Shown here: positions 11,637 to 23,905 of the stretch, one piece after another
How the letters are laid out: each line of letters starts with the position of its first letter
Numbering within the stretch: position 1 is the stretch's first letter
Notes under the pieces: model-generated
Told to the model about the DNA's origin: nothing
Databases searched by the model: none
The model's input: only the letters and a program-made list of their open reading frames with translations
Program-made: the position numbers and the translations under genes
Assembly (NCBI RefSeq): GCF_001194135.2
Contig: NC_068992.1
Span: 46,288,955 to 46,334,549 of the forward strand
DNA: 45,595 nt
Direction: 5' to 3'
Source: Octopus bimaculoides
Lineage: Eukaryota

Positions 11637-11757
11637 CCTTCTTCTTCTTCTTCTTCTTCTTCTTCTTCTTCTTCTTCTTCTTCTTCTTCTTCTTCTTCTT
11701 CTTCTTCTTCTTCTTCTTCTTCTTCTTCTCGGTCGTCGTCGTCGTCGTCGTCGTCAT
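11637..11757. repeat. (TTC)n followed by (GTC)n microsatellite
   Basis: Directly visible. It is the source of the poly-S/poly-K ORFs. Confidence 0.95.
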
Positions 11758-12179
11758 AGCCGGGAGTTGATAAAATAGAGTACTAGTTAAATATTGAGAT
11801 TTATTGTGTTGTGTCGATGTCCCCAGGCGAAGAAGTAGGATCTCCCAAGACATATAAATAGAGGTAGTCTGGCCGTGTTAGGACTGTTGAGTAGCAGTCG
11901 AGTAGCAGTTGTGTAGCGGTTGAGTAGAGATCCTCGGAAGGTGCTAGATAGCAGTAGCGTTGAGACACAACAATTTGATTATTGGCTTTCCCTCAGAAAT
12001 TGTCAATTTTTGTGTCTAAAACAGAAACCATTGCCGCCGCCGCCGCCGCCACCACCACCACCGACACCACCACCACCACCACCAACAACGACAACAACAA
12101 CAACAACAATAACGACAAAACAACATCAGCAGCAAACGTCGTCGTCATCATTATGAGCATCATCATAATCATTTATGTT

Positions 12180-12300
12180 GGCATAAACAGGGCAGTTTGA
12201 TAGGCTCGGGCAGGCCAAAGAACTACCACTGTCTACTTTGTCATGGTTTTTATGGCTGGATGTCCTTCTTAAAAGCACCCACTTTACAAAGTATACTGAT
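12180..12300 (-). mobile_element. Decayed SINE fragment (family E) carrying a widespread metazoan SINE core motif
   Basis: Minus strand at 12245-12280 reads GGGTGCTTTTAAGAAGGACATCCAGCCATAAAAACC, resembling the recalled core GGTTGGCGTTAGGAAGGGCATCCAGCCGTA. Confidence 0.5.
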
Positions 12301-12867
12301 TGCTTGCATTTTTTCCCTTCCATGTATATTAGCAATGTCGATATATAGCTGCAAGACTACGAGCTCAGAGAGAGAGAGGCGGTTTATGCTTGGTGATGGA
12401 TTAAATTAGGAGAGAAGAGGCCCAAACAAAACAGGTTTGTTGCTTTGTCAGGGGTTTTATGACAATTCCACATTCTAGAAGGGAGGGCGCGGGTAATTGA
12501 GTCAGAGGGGCGGGGAAGAGCTGAAATAGTGGTGATGAGGTGTCTGTGTCGTATCTGAAGGTACGGGATGAGTTTGAAGTGCGTAAGGTCAGAAATGAAA
12601 AGTAGCAGTCCTATATTAAGGGTGACTTAGCCCTCTGCAAAGCTTCTTATGCAAACAATGTGGAAGTATGTGAATGTAAATCAGTGTTTCTGATCCGGAG
12701 CCTGTTTGGCCCTTGGGGATATGTATGGTCCTTGGGAGTACGTATAAGACTTTGTTGTTAAAATTTACGTGCAAGAAATTTGTTATACTTGTACAATACA
12801 CAAAATATTTTAACAATTTGTTTTGATATAATTCCTGATAATACTTAATCATAGAATGTTATAGGAT

Positions 12868-12954
12868 CTTTTAAATATCGAATGGCTAGGAGAATCCATA
12901 CGAGTAAAACAAGAATCAAAGGAGTCCATAGCTAAAAATGATTGAGAAACCCTG
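12868..12954 (+). mobile_element. Right end of a hAT (Charlie-like) MITE
   Basis: ...GAATCAAAGGAGTCCATAGCTAAAAATGATTGAGAAACCCTG is homologous to 30940-30992 (GTAATCAAAAGGTCCGGAGG..AAATAGTTGAGAGCCACTG) and resembles the Charlie-type TIR GGTTGAGAACCACTG. Confidence 0.5.
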
Positions 12955-13011
12955 ATGTAAATAATCATGAATGTGGTAAAGTTTGAGTCAAATTTCTAAG
13001 GAGATGATTTC

Positions 13012-13071
<60 letters not shown>

Positions 13072-13160
13072 AAGAAAGAGAGAGAGAGATGGGAAGGGAG
13101 GAGAGCAGGAGAGAGGGTGAGAGAAAGCGGAGAGAGAGTGAAGGAGAGGGTGAGAGTGAA
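13012..13160. repeat. (AG)n-rich microsatellite
   Basis: Directly visible. Confidence 0.9.
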
Positions 13161-13486
13161 AGCGGATGCAGTAGAAAATGGTTATTGTAAAACATCAACA
13201 TCGTAAATAAGACATTCGCTTCACGTACGTCATAAATGCTTGGAATAACGGACCAAAAACTGGTCGTTAATGATACTGCCAATAACAAGAACAATAACAT
13301 CATCATCAAGTCAATGATAGATAATATTTAGAAGAAAAGTTATTGGAAAAATAATTCTTTGTTTATTTCATCATTTGCATTCTTTCTGTTGTAGAAATGT
13401 TTCTAAGTCGTAAAGCATCCTTGTTTTCAGGAAGTCATTTTTGGTGTTTAGAGTTAGTTATATTGGGTATATTAGGAATGATGAGT

Positions 13487-13730
13487 GGAGGCGCAATGGC
13501 CCAGTGGTTAGGGCAGCGGACTCGCGGTCATAGGATCGCGGTTTCGATTCCCAGACCGGGTGTTGTGAGTGTTCATTGAGCGAAAACACCTAAAGCTCCT
13601 CGAGGCTCCGGCAGGGGATGGTGGCGAACCCTGCTGTACTCTTTCACCACAACTTTCTCTCACTCTTACTTCCTGAGTTTCTGTTGTGCTTGTTATTTAA
13701 AGGGTCAGCCTTGTCACACTCTGTGTCACG
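13487..13730 (+). mobile_element. tRNA-derived SINE, family C (well preserved head, 3'-truncated)
   Basis: GGAGGCGCAATGGCCCAGTGGTTAGGGCAGCGGACTCGCGGTC..GGTTTCGATTCCC has an A-box (13497-13507) and B-box (13540-13551), followed by a non-tRNA body. Confidence 0.88.
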
Positions 13731-13772
13731 CTGCTACGTCACTCCACCGCTGCTACGTCACTCCACCGCTAC
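13729..13772. repeat. 19-bp tandem duplication at the SINE truncation point
   Basis: CGCTGCTACGTCACTCCAC at 13729-13747 and 13748-13766, plus a partial third copy. Confidence 0.9.
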
Positions 13773-13877
13773 CACCTTGCGTAACTGTTACCATAGTTGA
13801 CATTTCCACACAGTGATAGTTCTGTCATAAATAATGACAGTTATATTTGCTAATATAAAATGTATCTCCAGTCATTT

Positions 13878-14270
13878 CTAACCACTACCACTACCACCAA
13901 CACTACCACCTAAACCCTTGCCACCACCACCACGTCTACCACAAGTGACAACAACATCTACCAATACTATCACTACCTCAACGATAACAACATCAACGGT
14001 AACAACCACTACCACCACCACCACCACCACCACCAAAACCACCATCCCCACCACCACCATCACCACCGAGATCACTACAAGCAGCAACGCAACCATCAGC
14101 ACCAACATCAACACTAACCACAATCATCGTCGCAGCCAATACCGTCACCACCACTACCACTACCACCACCGTCGTCACCAGCAAAAACTATCAACCAAAC
14201 ATGACCACCTCTACCAACAGCAAAAGCATCACTAACACCGCCACCTCCACTTCTAAAACCAACACCTCCA
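13878..14270. repeat. Degenerate (CAC/CAA/CAT)n low-complexity tract
   Basis: Directly visible. It explains the overlapping poly-T/V/G ORFs. Confidence 0.9.
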
Positions 14271-14449
14271 TCACTACGTTCCATCACATTCACCAGTACC
14301 TTCTTCCTTGCTTTTGTTTTTCACATAATTCTTTTTCATTTATTTACGAGTGACTTGTGTTGTTAGAATTGTTTAGTCTGGCATAATCCCGCAGACCTAT
14401 CACCAATGTTATTTCAACTGTGACCATTTTGCCTTTATTTTTCAGATAT

Positions 14450-14800
14450 CCTTTATTTTGGACTATATTATTCTCCGATGTGTTATTTGCTTTTTAAGGT
14501 AGTTCGGCGACATTTCGAAGGAGTATACATAAGGTATAAACTTCTCAATAACATGCAGCAGGGTAGGGTCTGGATAGACAACCCCAAAATCATAGAGACA
14601 TCGCAGAGTGATACCCTATCGAAGGAAAAGAGATCATTCCGTAAGGTGACGCTACTGATATCCCTGGCCATTTTGAAATATAAACAAAATAACAACACAA
14701 GACTGTCTGGTATGAAAAAAAGACAAAAACGTGAAAGAATATCAATACAGCCTTTTCTGCTGCGCAAGAACAATGTGAACGTTAGATACTTTACAACCTT
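14450..14800 (+). mobile_element. Possible decayed piggyBac-like transposase C-terminus
   Basis: Mixed frames give YPLF..; FRRSI..; DIPGHF (cf. D..GHF); and RLSGMKK..FLLRKNNV (cf. RC..C..K..C.KC.V cysteine-rich domain, with the cysteines lost). No TIR found. Confidence 0.3.
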
Positions 14801-14901
14801 AGTATTTAACTGGCACTTTATTATAGTCAATTTAGCGTGAGAAGCGGCACAGTCTTAACTAGTGATATTGGAAGGGTATGTAATAATACATGCATTAAAA
14901 A

Positions 14902-15069
14902 AAGTGGAGAACTGGTAGGCTCGTTAGCACACCAGACAAAACGCTTAGCGGCATTTCGTCCGTCTTTACGTTCGGAGTTCAAATTCTGCCGAGGTCGACT
15001 TTGCCTCTCATCATTCCGGGGTCGATAAAATAAGCTCCAGTTAAACACTGAGGATCGATGTAATCAACT
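14902..15069 (+). mobile_element. tRNA-derived SINE, family A
   Basis: ..GTTAGCAC..GCTTAGCGGCATTTCGTC..GAGTTCAAATTCTGCCGAGGTCGACTTTGCC..GGGGTCGATAAAATAAG..CCAGTT, collinear with the other family A copies. Confidence 0.88.
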
Positions 15070-15795
15070 TTTTCCTAAGTATAACATAGTTGCACTATCT
15101 AAATACACCAAACTCTTTATAAAGAAAACAGGTCACGTGGCTATGCTATATGTAACGACAAGAATCCTGTCACGAAGGAAATGGAACTCCCAAACACGTC
15201 GTTCCATAGTGTGTCGATCAAGATTTGTTCCTTAACAAACGACCGGTGATATTTAGGGACCACTTATATTCATACACTACGCTTCACATCTGGGGCCTTG
15301 GGCATGCCTTGTCAAAGGAAATCAATCTAAATGCAAGAATATATAATAGATTCATTGCAACTGATAATTAAAGAATCCTTTAGAGAAATTCTATATTTGG
15401 ATTTAAAAACCACGTAATTCAATATTACGGTGTAACAATAAAGTAAAAACAAGCATATACATACATACACACACACTCACACACATGTATATGACAGTGT
15501 GTATATGTGTGCATGTGTATATGAGTATCTGCGTGTGTATGAGTGTATATGCGTGGGCATGTATGCGTGTATGCATGAGTACATGTACACACTTATACAT
15601 ACATATATGTGTGCATATGCACGCTCGTTTTATGTATGTATGTATATATGTGTCTCTCTGTGTGTATAAATCTATGTTCGTGTGTATTGCTATATTCACG
15701 TATGTATGTATATATGTTTATATGCATTTTATGTATCTATCTATCCATCTTATATATAAATATATGTTGACAGATAGATAGATAGATAGAATATA

Positions 15796-15968
<173 letters not shown>

Positions 15969-16951
15969 ATATGTGTGTTTGTATATCTATGTATCTGTAT
16001 ATACACACACACACACACACACACAACCACACCCACACCCACATATATATATATTCGTATGCAAGTATATATAAATATATGCATATACACAGAGGCACAC
16101 ACGCACACGTGCTTACACAGATACATGTTTTTATATATGTGCGTGCATGAGCATTCGCATTTTAAGTGATATTTCGTTATTGTTGTTTGTCTATTTTCTT
16201 CTATTTATTATTTTTTTCTTTTTGTTTTTTTTTGTTTTAGTTTTGTTCCTGTTCTCTCCGATATTGTAACTGAAACTAGATATGGCATGCAATAAAGATA
16301 AAAATCAGAAAACATAATAATAAGACGACGATGATGATGATGGTGGTGGTGGCGGCGGTGGCGATGATGATGATGATGATGATAATGATGACGATGATGA
16401 TAATGATGAAAGAAAGAACGAAGAGAAGCATTCTTATAAACATCTATATTTTCTTTTCCCAAGTAGGAACAATCTGACAGCATTGGTTTTCTGTAGAAAA
16501 CTTTCAGCACTTTCATTATTGTGCCATTAATGTCAAAGACAGAAGATGCAACTAATAATTTCCAAGACGATACGGTATTCAAAGCCATTACTGTCTTGCA
16601 CGTGCTTTAAACCCATATTTTGGTGCTGCAGGGTCCAGTAGTTCTCATCTATCGTTTAAACGGGTTATCAGACTGTCATTTGTGTCATCGTGTGGTAGAT
16701 CTGATCTGTTGTTTGCCCATCTCTATCGTGTAGATAGAGGAGAGGCTGTTAGAGATGTGGATATACTGGCGATAATCGCTTTAAATGAATGTCATAGAAA
16801 TATTTCACTGCTTATGGAAGAATATGGTGGCGGTGGTAGTGTGAGGTGAATCGAAGGTGGTGGGTGATAGACGATGATTGTGGTTATATTGTTCTATTTA
16901 TATGATGGCGATGTCATCCCCACCGTCTTCTATTGATATAACAAGGCATAA

Positions 16952-17240
16952 AAAAATAGTGCATGTGGTGTTAACGTTATGGAAGACAATGTCAGTGTTG
17001 TTATGTATTTAGAAGGTAATGGCGGTATTTCTATATGTGTATGTGGTGGCTGTAGCGATACTCTTATGTGTATTGAAATTTGTGGTGATATCGTCATATC
17101 GATAAAAGATAGTGGTGACCTGGTTATATGTATAGATGGCGGTTGTGGTGATGTTGTTATGTCTATAGATATTGGTTATGATATTGTTATACCTATAAAT
17201 GATGGTGATAAGATTTCTGTATGAATATATGTTATTTGTG
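16952..17240 (+). repeat. Degenerate 30/33-bp minisatellite, open in one frame
   Basis: About 8 units resembling GATRTTGTTATRTSTATAGATRRYRGTGGT. The ORF 16979-17224 shows 10/11-aa periodicity. Confidence 0.75.
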
Positions 17241-17399
17241 GAGAAGAGGTTGCCTAGTGCATCTAGACATAGAGGCAACAGCGGCAACCTCTGCTGAGGT
17301 GAAAATATACAGAATATGTGAATTAAACATTAGTAACGAGAACGATCTAAGTGAAGGTTTGCATTTTTAAGTCTTCGATTCTAAACGGGTGGAATGGTT

Positions 17400-19000
17400 C
17401 AAATAAGATAGAAGAAAGTTAGTAGATAATTATGTGGAATTTATTGATTAATGACGATATTTGGGATGGTAAATATGTCATTAATTATTCATAACACTGG
17501 TCACATGTTTCCTTTTGTTTACGGTGTGGGTTCCAAGTTGGAAAGAATTTTTGTTAACCCTTAGGAACGTTGCCCTAACTCAATTGGTTCTGAATATTGT
17601 GGGCAGTCACTGTATTTCCTTGTAACGTTTTTGTAGTGTATTTCAGTAAGTAGCTGATGGAGTTGAGGATGATTCACTCGTTCAGATGTTGGTGTTTAAG
17701 AAGCAATATAATGAGCTGAGGCTGCGTTTGTTTAAATGTTTCCGAACTACAATTGTACAAAATATGGCGAGAAAGTTGAGCAATGTTTTCTAATTAATTT
17801 TTTTGCCTGATAATCTCCGACTCCATGTCATAAGATGTTTGGCGTGTAAGATTGTAAGATTGCTAATTTCTTCATAGTCGATAATTAACGTAATTCATGA
17901 AATTAGAGTTACTTGGATAATTAGGACCCAAACTGATGAAGCGGTTGTGAGGAATGCCATTATAGCCATTTACAGTAGGAGCCGGTTAAATGATAGAGTG
18001 ATCTGTAGTCCGGACTCACACTGAAATTTCTCTTGAGCTAGCTGTTGAAAGCACAGCCTGATCGACTTTTAAAATGAGGTATATTGCTCACATCAACCAT
18101 TTCCTTCAAATTGATGATGTTTGGTGCGAGTTTTTATGACGTCATTATTGGGGAGATATTGGTTTATCTTATCTCCTAGCTGTGTGCAACTTGCTGAATC
18201 AATCATAGAAAATAGAGCGAATAAATGGCTGTCATGTCTCAAGATGGGAATCTGAAAGTATACTGTCATTAGTTGCTCGCGGGTTCTAAGAAATGACTTT
18301 CAGATAAAGACGACAATGCCCCAATAGTGTCTATCAATAATCTCTCACATGGGCTAGTTGTAGGTACCGGCCTACCATATTGGCCTGTTTAATTTGCTTT
18401 GAGCTCTTTGTAGAGTTAGCAACCTTCGTTATTTCGAGAATTTCTATGATTGAAAACGGCACATTAGGATACCTCAATAGGGAATCATTCTGTTGCATCT
18501 TGTGTGTTAAGGTGATCATAGATTGCCTTGAGTTGAGAAATATCTTTCTCAATTGAGAATATCTTTCTCAATTGAGAATATCTTCCAGGTGAAAAATATC
18601 ATGCCAGTGTTTCTGCACAGTTATTCTCTGGATTTGTTTTCTGAACTTCGTATGAGATAATGAATTTGTAATCAGCTAATTACATTCTTCATCAACCAAT
18701 CTTGCCACTTTCGATTTTTGATCGTGTCTGATTGTAAGAAGCCTTTTTAATAATCTTGCGTCCATGATAACGAAGACGAGAACAGTAAAAACAAAAATTA
18801 GGTGTATAAAGCTGATGAAAGTAATCTTTTGGTAAATAATTTTCTTGAAATGTTGAAGAATGTCAGAAAGTGAACGTGTAGGTGAAGGAAATGTAAACGA
18901 TTGAATGATATTGTTATAAACCAGGTTCCAATCTAATTAGCTTTTGTTCAGTCTGTTTTGTCTATCGCCGTCTTGTGGCCAGAAGTTACTAATGGTATCA
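17400..19000 (-). mobile_element. Decayed Gypsy-type LTR retrotransposon pol remnant (RNase H end, integrase)
   Basis: Minus strand reads KLIR..L.QY..IVY (RNase H end, about 18900-18950); YDHL..; GC*LYK..GQYGRPVPTTSPCERLLIDTIG (18318-18400; cf. P.P..PWER..ID.IGPLP); YTFRFP..DMTA; KFFPTWNP (about 17530; cf. KL.PKW.GP). Many stops, and no LTRs identified. Confidence 0.62.
18533..18584. repeat. Tandem array (about 2.7x) of a self-complementary 19-mer
   Basis: TTGAGAA-TATCT-TTCTCAA at 18533-18552 (one extra A) and 18553-18571, plus a partial copy at 18572-18584. Confidence 0.9.
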
Positions 19001-19132
19001 CGCAACGATGAAGGTCGCTTCTACACACGATAACAAAAGAATATTTACGAAAGATACATGGAAATATTGATGCAGCAGGAAGGGGGAAAATAAATGGGAC
19101 ATCTGAAGTAAATATCAGTTTCACTTTTTAGA

Positions 19133-19315
19133 ATTAGGCCAGCAGCTTCGGAGGTAAGTCGATATATGGAGCCCAGTTTTCAACTGGTACTTATTTTATC
19201 GACCGCGAAAGGATGAAAGATAAGATCAACCTCGGCGGCATTTAACCCTAGAGCGTAAAGACAGACGAAACACGGCTTCGCATTTTGCCGGGAGTGCTAA
19301 CAATTCTTCTAGCTC
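19133..19315 (-). mobile_element. tRNA-derived SINE, family A (diverged)
   Basis: CAACTGGTACTTATTTTATCGACC..GAAAGGATGAAAG..CCTCGGCGGCATTT..AGCGTAAAGACAGACGAAA..GTGCTAACAATTCT matches 23906-24112. Confidence 0.85.
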
Positions 19316-19792
19316 AGAGCTTTTGCAGATGAAATAAATATTAGCATGTTAAAAATGACAATAGTGATATATAACTTCCGAAATCATTACTACAAGATTC
19401 TCGGTTCGATCTTTGGATGATCGGGGAATCTGAACCATAGATTATACCACATAAATGACATATAATCAGTTTTGAGTAAAACAGGAAATAAAGGTTGATT
19501 AACGTAAAATAACGCAAGAATATCATTAATTAACCACCTAATGTTTGTTACTTGTAAAACTGGAAATGTAGAAAACCTTAGGCAATAGCAATCAGTATTG
19601 TTTTCTTTAAGAATAGCCGGGGGGATGTTTCATCATCTGACGCTTCCTTCACCAGATTGTTTCGGGCATTTGAAAGTGCTTAACTCATACACAGGGGTCG
19701 CAGATTACTAGTTGATGTTGATTGCAGGAAATTATGAAATTGAGATTGTACCATATTTATACAGCAAAATATCGCTTCTCCTTTGTGTGTGG

Positions 19793-19794
<2 letters not shown>

Positions 19795-19860
<66 letters not shown>
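19795..19860. repeat. (GT)n microsatellite
   Basis: Directly visible. Confidence 0.95.
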
Positions 19861-20241
19861 ATAAAGAGAGAGAAAAGAAAAACTCGACAGAGAAAGAAAG
19901 ATATTTGGCAACATAAACATGATATATTCGCAAATCAATTTTATGGTAATATTTTACAGATTTAATGTTTTTATGATCAAAGGCCACCCTGCAGATGAAG
20001 CCAAATTATAAGAATTCTTGAACCAAGTGACTCCTCCTCTTCCTCCTCTACATGCACATTGAATAACACAGAAAGAATGTTTACATTGTCATTTTACTTA
20101 ATAAGAAAAGTTTGTAATATTGAAATTTATTTCAGTTCTCTTGATTCGGATTGTGCTGTGCATAAAATTAGTGATAAGCTGCGAAAAGTACAACTATGCA
20201 AATTAGGCTAGTCATTATGGCTCTAACCTAATTTAAGACTG

Positions 20242-20277
<36 letters not shown>

Positions 20278-20279
<2 letters not shown>

Positions 20280-20445
20280 TCATAGGTTGCCCGTGTGGCA
20301 TGAAGTTTGCTTTCCAACTACATCGTTCCGGGTACAGTCTCACCGTGTAGCACATTGAGCAAGAGTTTTCTACTATAACCTCGAGTCAAGAAAAGCCTTG
20401 TCAATAGATTTGACTGATGGAAGATGAAAGAAACTCGTCATATAA
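20278..20445 (+). mobile_element. tRNA-derived SINE, family B (diverged 5' half)
   Basis: ..CCAACTACATCGTTCCGGGTACAGTCTCACCGTGTAGCACATTGAGCAAGAGTTTTCTACTATAACCTCGAG..AAAGCCTTGT..GATTTG..GAAAGAAACTCGTC, collinear with the reverse complement of 26870-27028. Confidence 0.8.
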
Positions 20446-21026
20446 ATATATATGTGCGTGTGTGCGCATGGGTGTGTGTGCGTCTGTTTGTAAGGGTGAG
20501 CGTGTATGTATGTACATATGTACACACACACACACAAACACACACACATATTCATATATATATACGTGTGTGGAATTTTATGTGATGCATGTGCTTATGA
20601 ATATACGTGCGTCTGCGTGTGTATATAGGTATAAACTTACGAATGTATATCAACTATAATGCCTATGTATGCTTTCATGCGTATATCAATCAATGTGAAT
20701 TTGTGTGACGAAGAAGGAGAGTTAGACAAAAAAAAGTGGTGGCGCGTGTATATGTGCTTGCTTGCGCGTGTGTGGTTCTATGAGTGTGTGTGCAAGGGTA
20801 TAAACAAACGGATGATATATAAATGTAGACATCGTCGCTTTATTTAAAAACAGACAGCGGCCATTCTTGACTGAAATACAGCAAAATCAGTAACTATTTC
20901 TTTTCTCTGTGTGTATGCGGGCTTTATAAGTGTGTGTGTATGTATTGCATCCGTATTATTACATGAATATATATATGTATGATGCGTGTATATATGCATG
21001 TGTACATACACACACACATATACAAA

Positions 21027-21073
<47 letters not shown>

Positions 21074-22224
21074 AGAGAAAAGGAGGTCGCCAGAATTTTG
21101 GAAAAAAGTTTTTATTCATTATTATTAGCGCTTTCATTCGTTTTCGAGCTTGTCAAATAAAATTGTATATAAATCAGATGTTTTTGTTTTGTTTACAAAA
21201 GGAGAACAATGTTTTTGTTTATTTGTTTTGGGGGGTGAGGTTCCAGGACAATGGAAACAGTGAGATAGGTAGACAGATAAATAGATAGATAGATACATAG
21301 ATAGACATATAGGTAGGTAGAGAAAGAGAGAGATTTCCTTTCAATTTCGCATGTATTTACCATTCATTTATTTATTTGGTTATTTATCATTGTATAGCTA
21401 TTGACATGAGTTCAAGTATGGTGATGTCATTTTCAGGATGGAGAAAATAATGAAAAAAGAATGGGGTGCGGTCATCCCTAAAAGCATCATTTTTCTTTTT
21501 CTTAGGGTGCCAGAAGGAATTTAAGAGGTTCTATGAATATATATATCAAGTGTAACTACCCGAAACAGTTGTGACTTCTGGAACTTGACTGATGAAAGAA
21601 AGCCAAGAATGACCCGTCTTTTTTTGCCTGTCCTTTTAATTGTTGTTTCCCTTGTCCGCCTTCGTATCGTCTATCTATCCGAACGTTTTAATGCCCTCTA
21701 TTGCGTTTTCGTTCCATTTATATATATATATATAGAGAGAGAGATAGATAGATAGATTGATATATATGCTATTGTGATGTGTCATTTGAGATCTTTTGGT
21801 TGGCTTCTACTATTCCGTAAGGGGTATTTTTCAATCAGATTTTTCATTTTGGGGCTTTGTAGGAGTTATAGGTAAGTTCGATTTTAAGGCGTGAAAGAAG
21901 AGAGTTATCACAGGACTGTGTGTTAACAAACGGAATCACGTGTTCATGAATTTTCTCCTTGGATGTCCGTAGTTGGGTAATGCTCAGTCTCATCGCCTTT
22001 TTAATTCTCTTATTAATTAATCCTAAGGGGTATTTCTGTATTGTCAGTTATCGACCAATGGTACTTTTTCAGTTTCGCACCCAGTTGGCGGTGGCCAAAG
22101 TTTGCGTAGAATTAGGGACAAGAACAAACAAGACAAAACAAAAGCACGGTGGACAATGACAAACAATTGAACAAAATACGGCCTTGGGGCCCAGAAGACG
22201 AGAATAGTGGGTAACACTTAGTAA

Positions 22225-22276
<52 letters not shown>

Positions 22277-23354
22277 TCACACACACATACGTATACATAT
22301 GTATGTGTTTGTGTGTGTGTGTGAATATGTGTATGTACGTGTACATATATTGCATGCATTCATACGTACACATCTACAAATGCATCGTTGTATATGTATG
22401 TGTATTGCATGTACGTATATGCATCTTTGTGTTATTGCTTGTTTCATTATTCGCTTGCTTAATTATGTTCTAATTCTTCACTTAAAAACCAGGGGGCGTT
22501 TGCATCATTCGTACATCCCTCATTATTAACGTTGTCCATTATCATATGACCTGCATATTGTGTTCTCTCATAAGCCACGCCCATATCCAGAATATTTGTC
22601 ATTCATAGATATATATGTGCGTGTCTGTGTGCGTGTGTGCGTGCATTTGTGTGTGTGTATGTGCGNNNNNNNNNNNNNNNNNNNNNNNNNNNNNNNNNNN
22701 NNNNNNNNNNNNNNNNNNNNNNNNNNNNNNNNNNNNNNNNNNNNNNNNNNNNNNNNNNNNNNNNNNNNNNNNNNNNNNNNNNNNNNNNNNNNNNNNNNNN
22801 NNNNNNNNNNNNNNNNNNNNNNNNNNNNNNNNNNNNNNNNNNNNNNNNNNNNNNNNNNNNNNNNNNNNNNNNNNNNNNNNNNNNNNNNNNNNNNNNNNNN
22901 NNNNNNNNNNNNNNNNNNNNNNNNNNNNNNNNNNNNNNNNNNNNNNNNNNNNNNATATGTGCGTGTCTGTGTGCGTGTGTGCGTGCATTTGTGTGTGTGT
23001 ATGTGCGTGCATTTTTGTGTGTGTGTGTGTATGGGTGTATGTCTGCGTGTGTTTGTGTGTGTGTTTGGGTGGGCTTAATTAATGTTGCAGAATTAAATCT
23101 GCCCAGAGTTGTTTCTTTGTGAATTTCCCGTTGATAACAGTTTAAAAAGTAGAAACGCTGCGCCTGGGAATCCTACTGGGACAACAGTGGGCAGATATGG
23201 TGTTATTTGCACCTTTTTTTCTTTTACGTTTTGAGAGAGGTTTTTCTCTATGTTAACTGCAGTGAATTTACGTTTAGAAGTTAAAATACGCCACAAACAT
23301 TTTAGCTAACCCAAATTTCGCTCGTGCCCAAACACTGCTTTGCCTTGGTGCTGC

Positions 23355-23439
<85 letters not shown>

Positions 23440-23483
23440 ATCAGTAAATCATAAATCCGAAAAAGAAGCACACGTTCTGTGTT

Positions 23484-23585
23484 AAGAACCGCTGATGTCG
23501 GGTTTGCTTATCATACTCTCGGGGTCGATAGAATAAATACCAGTTTCGTTCCCATATATAGTTCCCACTCCGAAATTTCAAGCAT
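23484..23585 (+). mobile_element. SINE family A, partial 3' half
   Basis: ..TTTGCTTATCATACTCTCGGGGTCGATAGAATAAATACCAGTT.. matches the family A body. Confidence 0.65.
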
Positions 23586-23905
23586 TCTAAACTGATGAAG
23601 CCAATGCAGATAATTTCTTGACTCAACAAACAAAGGTTGGTATAGTCCATACAAAATAGCGAACTTTGGTACAACCGACCGAAGGCACGGTAATGGTGTT
23701 AAACTGGGAATTTTGTTTAGTCTGCATCCCAAAGTGAACAGTTTCTCCCATAGCTTCGGTCATAAATTCCATGATTCTTATTACAAATGGATAAAACACA
23801 CTTTGCTAAAAAGTGATCAGACTTCTCTACATATTTTGTTTTGTTTTATTTTCATTCTTAGTAAAAATTCTCATTAGAATAAATATCAGTAAGATATTGA
23901 TATCA

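Noticed and set aside
12400-12600. Possible CR1/Jockey 3'-end remnants (minus strand here; plus-strand 'AFFPRAV' at about 44100-44135)
   Set aside because: Only 5-7-residue resemblances requiring several frameshifts, too weak to annotate.
13487-13560. tRNA-like sequence as a functional tRNA gene
   Set aside because: It has no 3' acceptor-stem complement, its anticodon stem is short, and it continues into a SINE body.
19625-19672. GAAAC and CTGGTGA motifs on the minus strand (also a similar arrangement at 21559-21600, plus strand)
   Set aside because: The order and spacing are incompatible with type I, II or III hammerhead topology, and the stems do not form.
20855-20872. YY1-like motif CAAGAATGGCCGC on the minus strand
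   Set aside because: An imperfect single motif without CpG-island or TSS context.
22613-23007. Identical approximately 52-bp sequence (ATATGTGCGTGTCTGTGTGCG...TATGTGCG) on both sides of the 22666-22954 gap
   Set aside because: Most likely an uncollapsed contig overlap or scaffold artefact in a (TG)-rich tract, not a biological direct repeat or target-site duplication.
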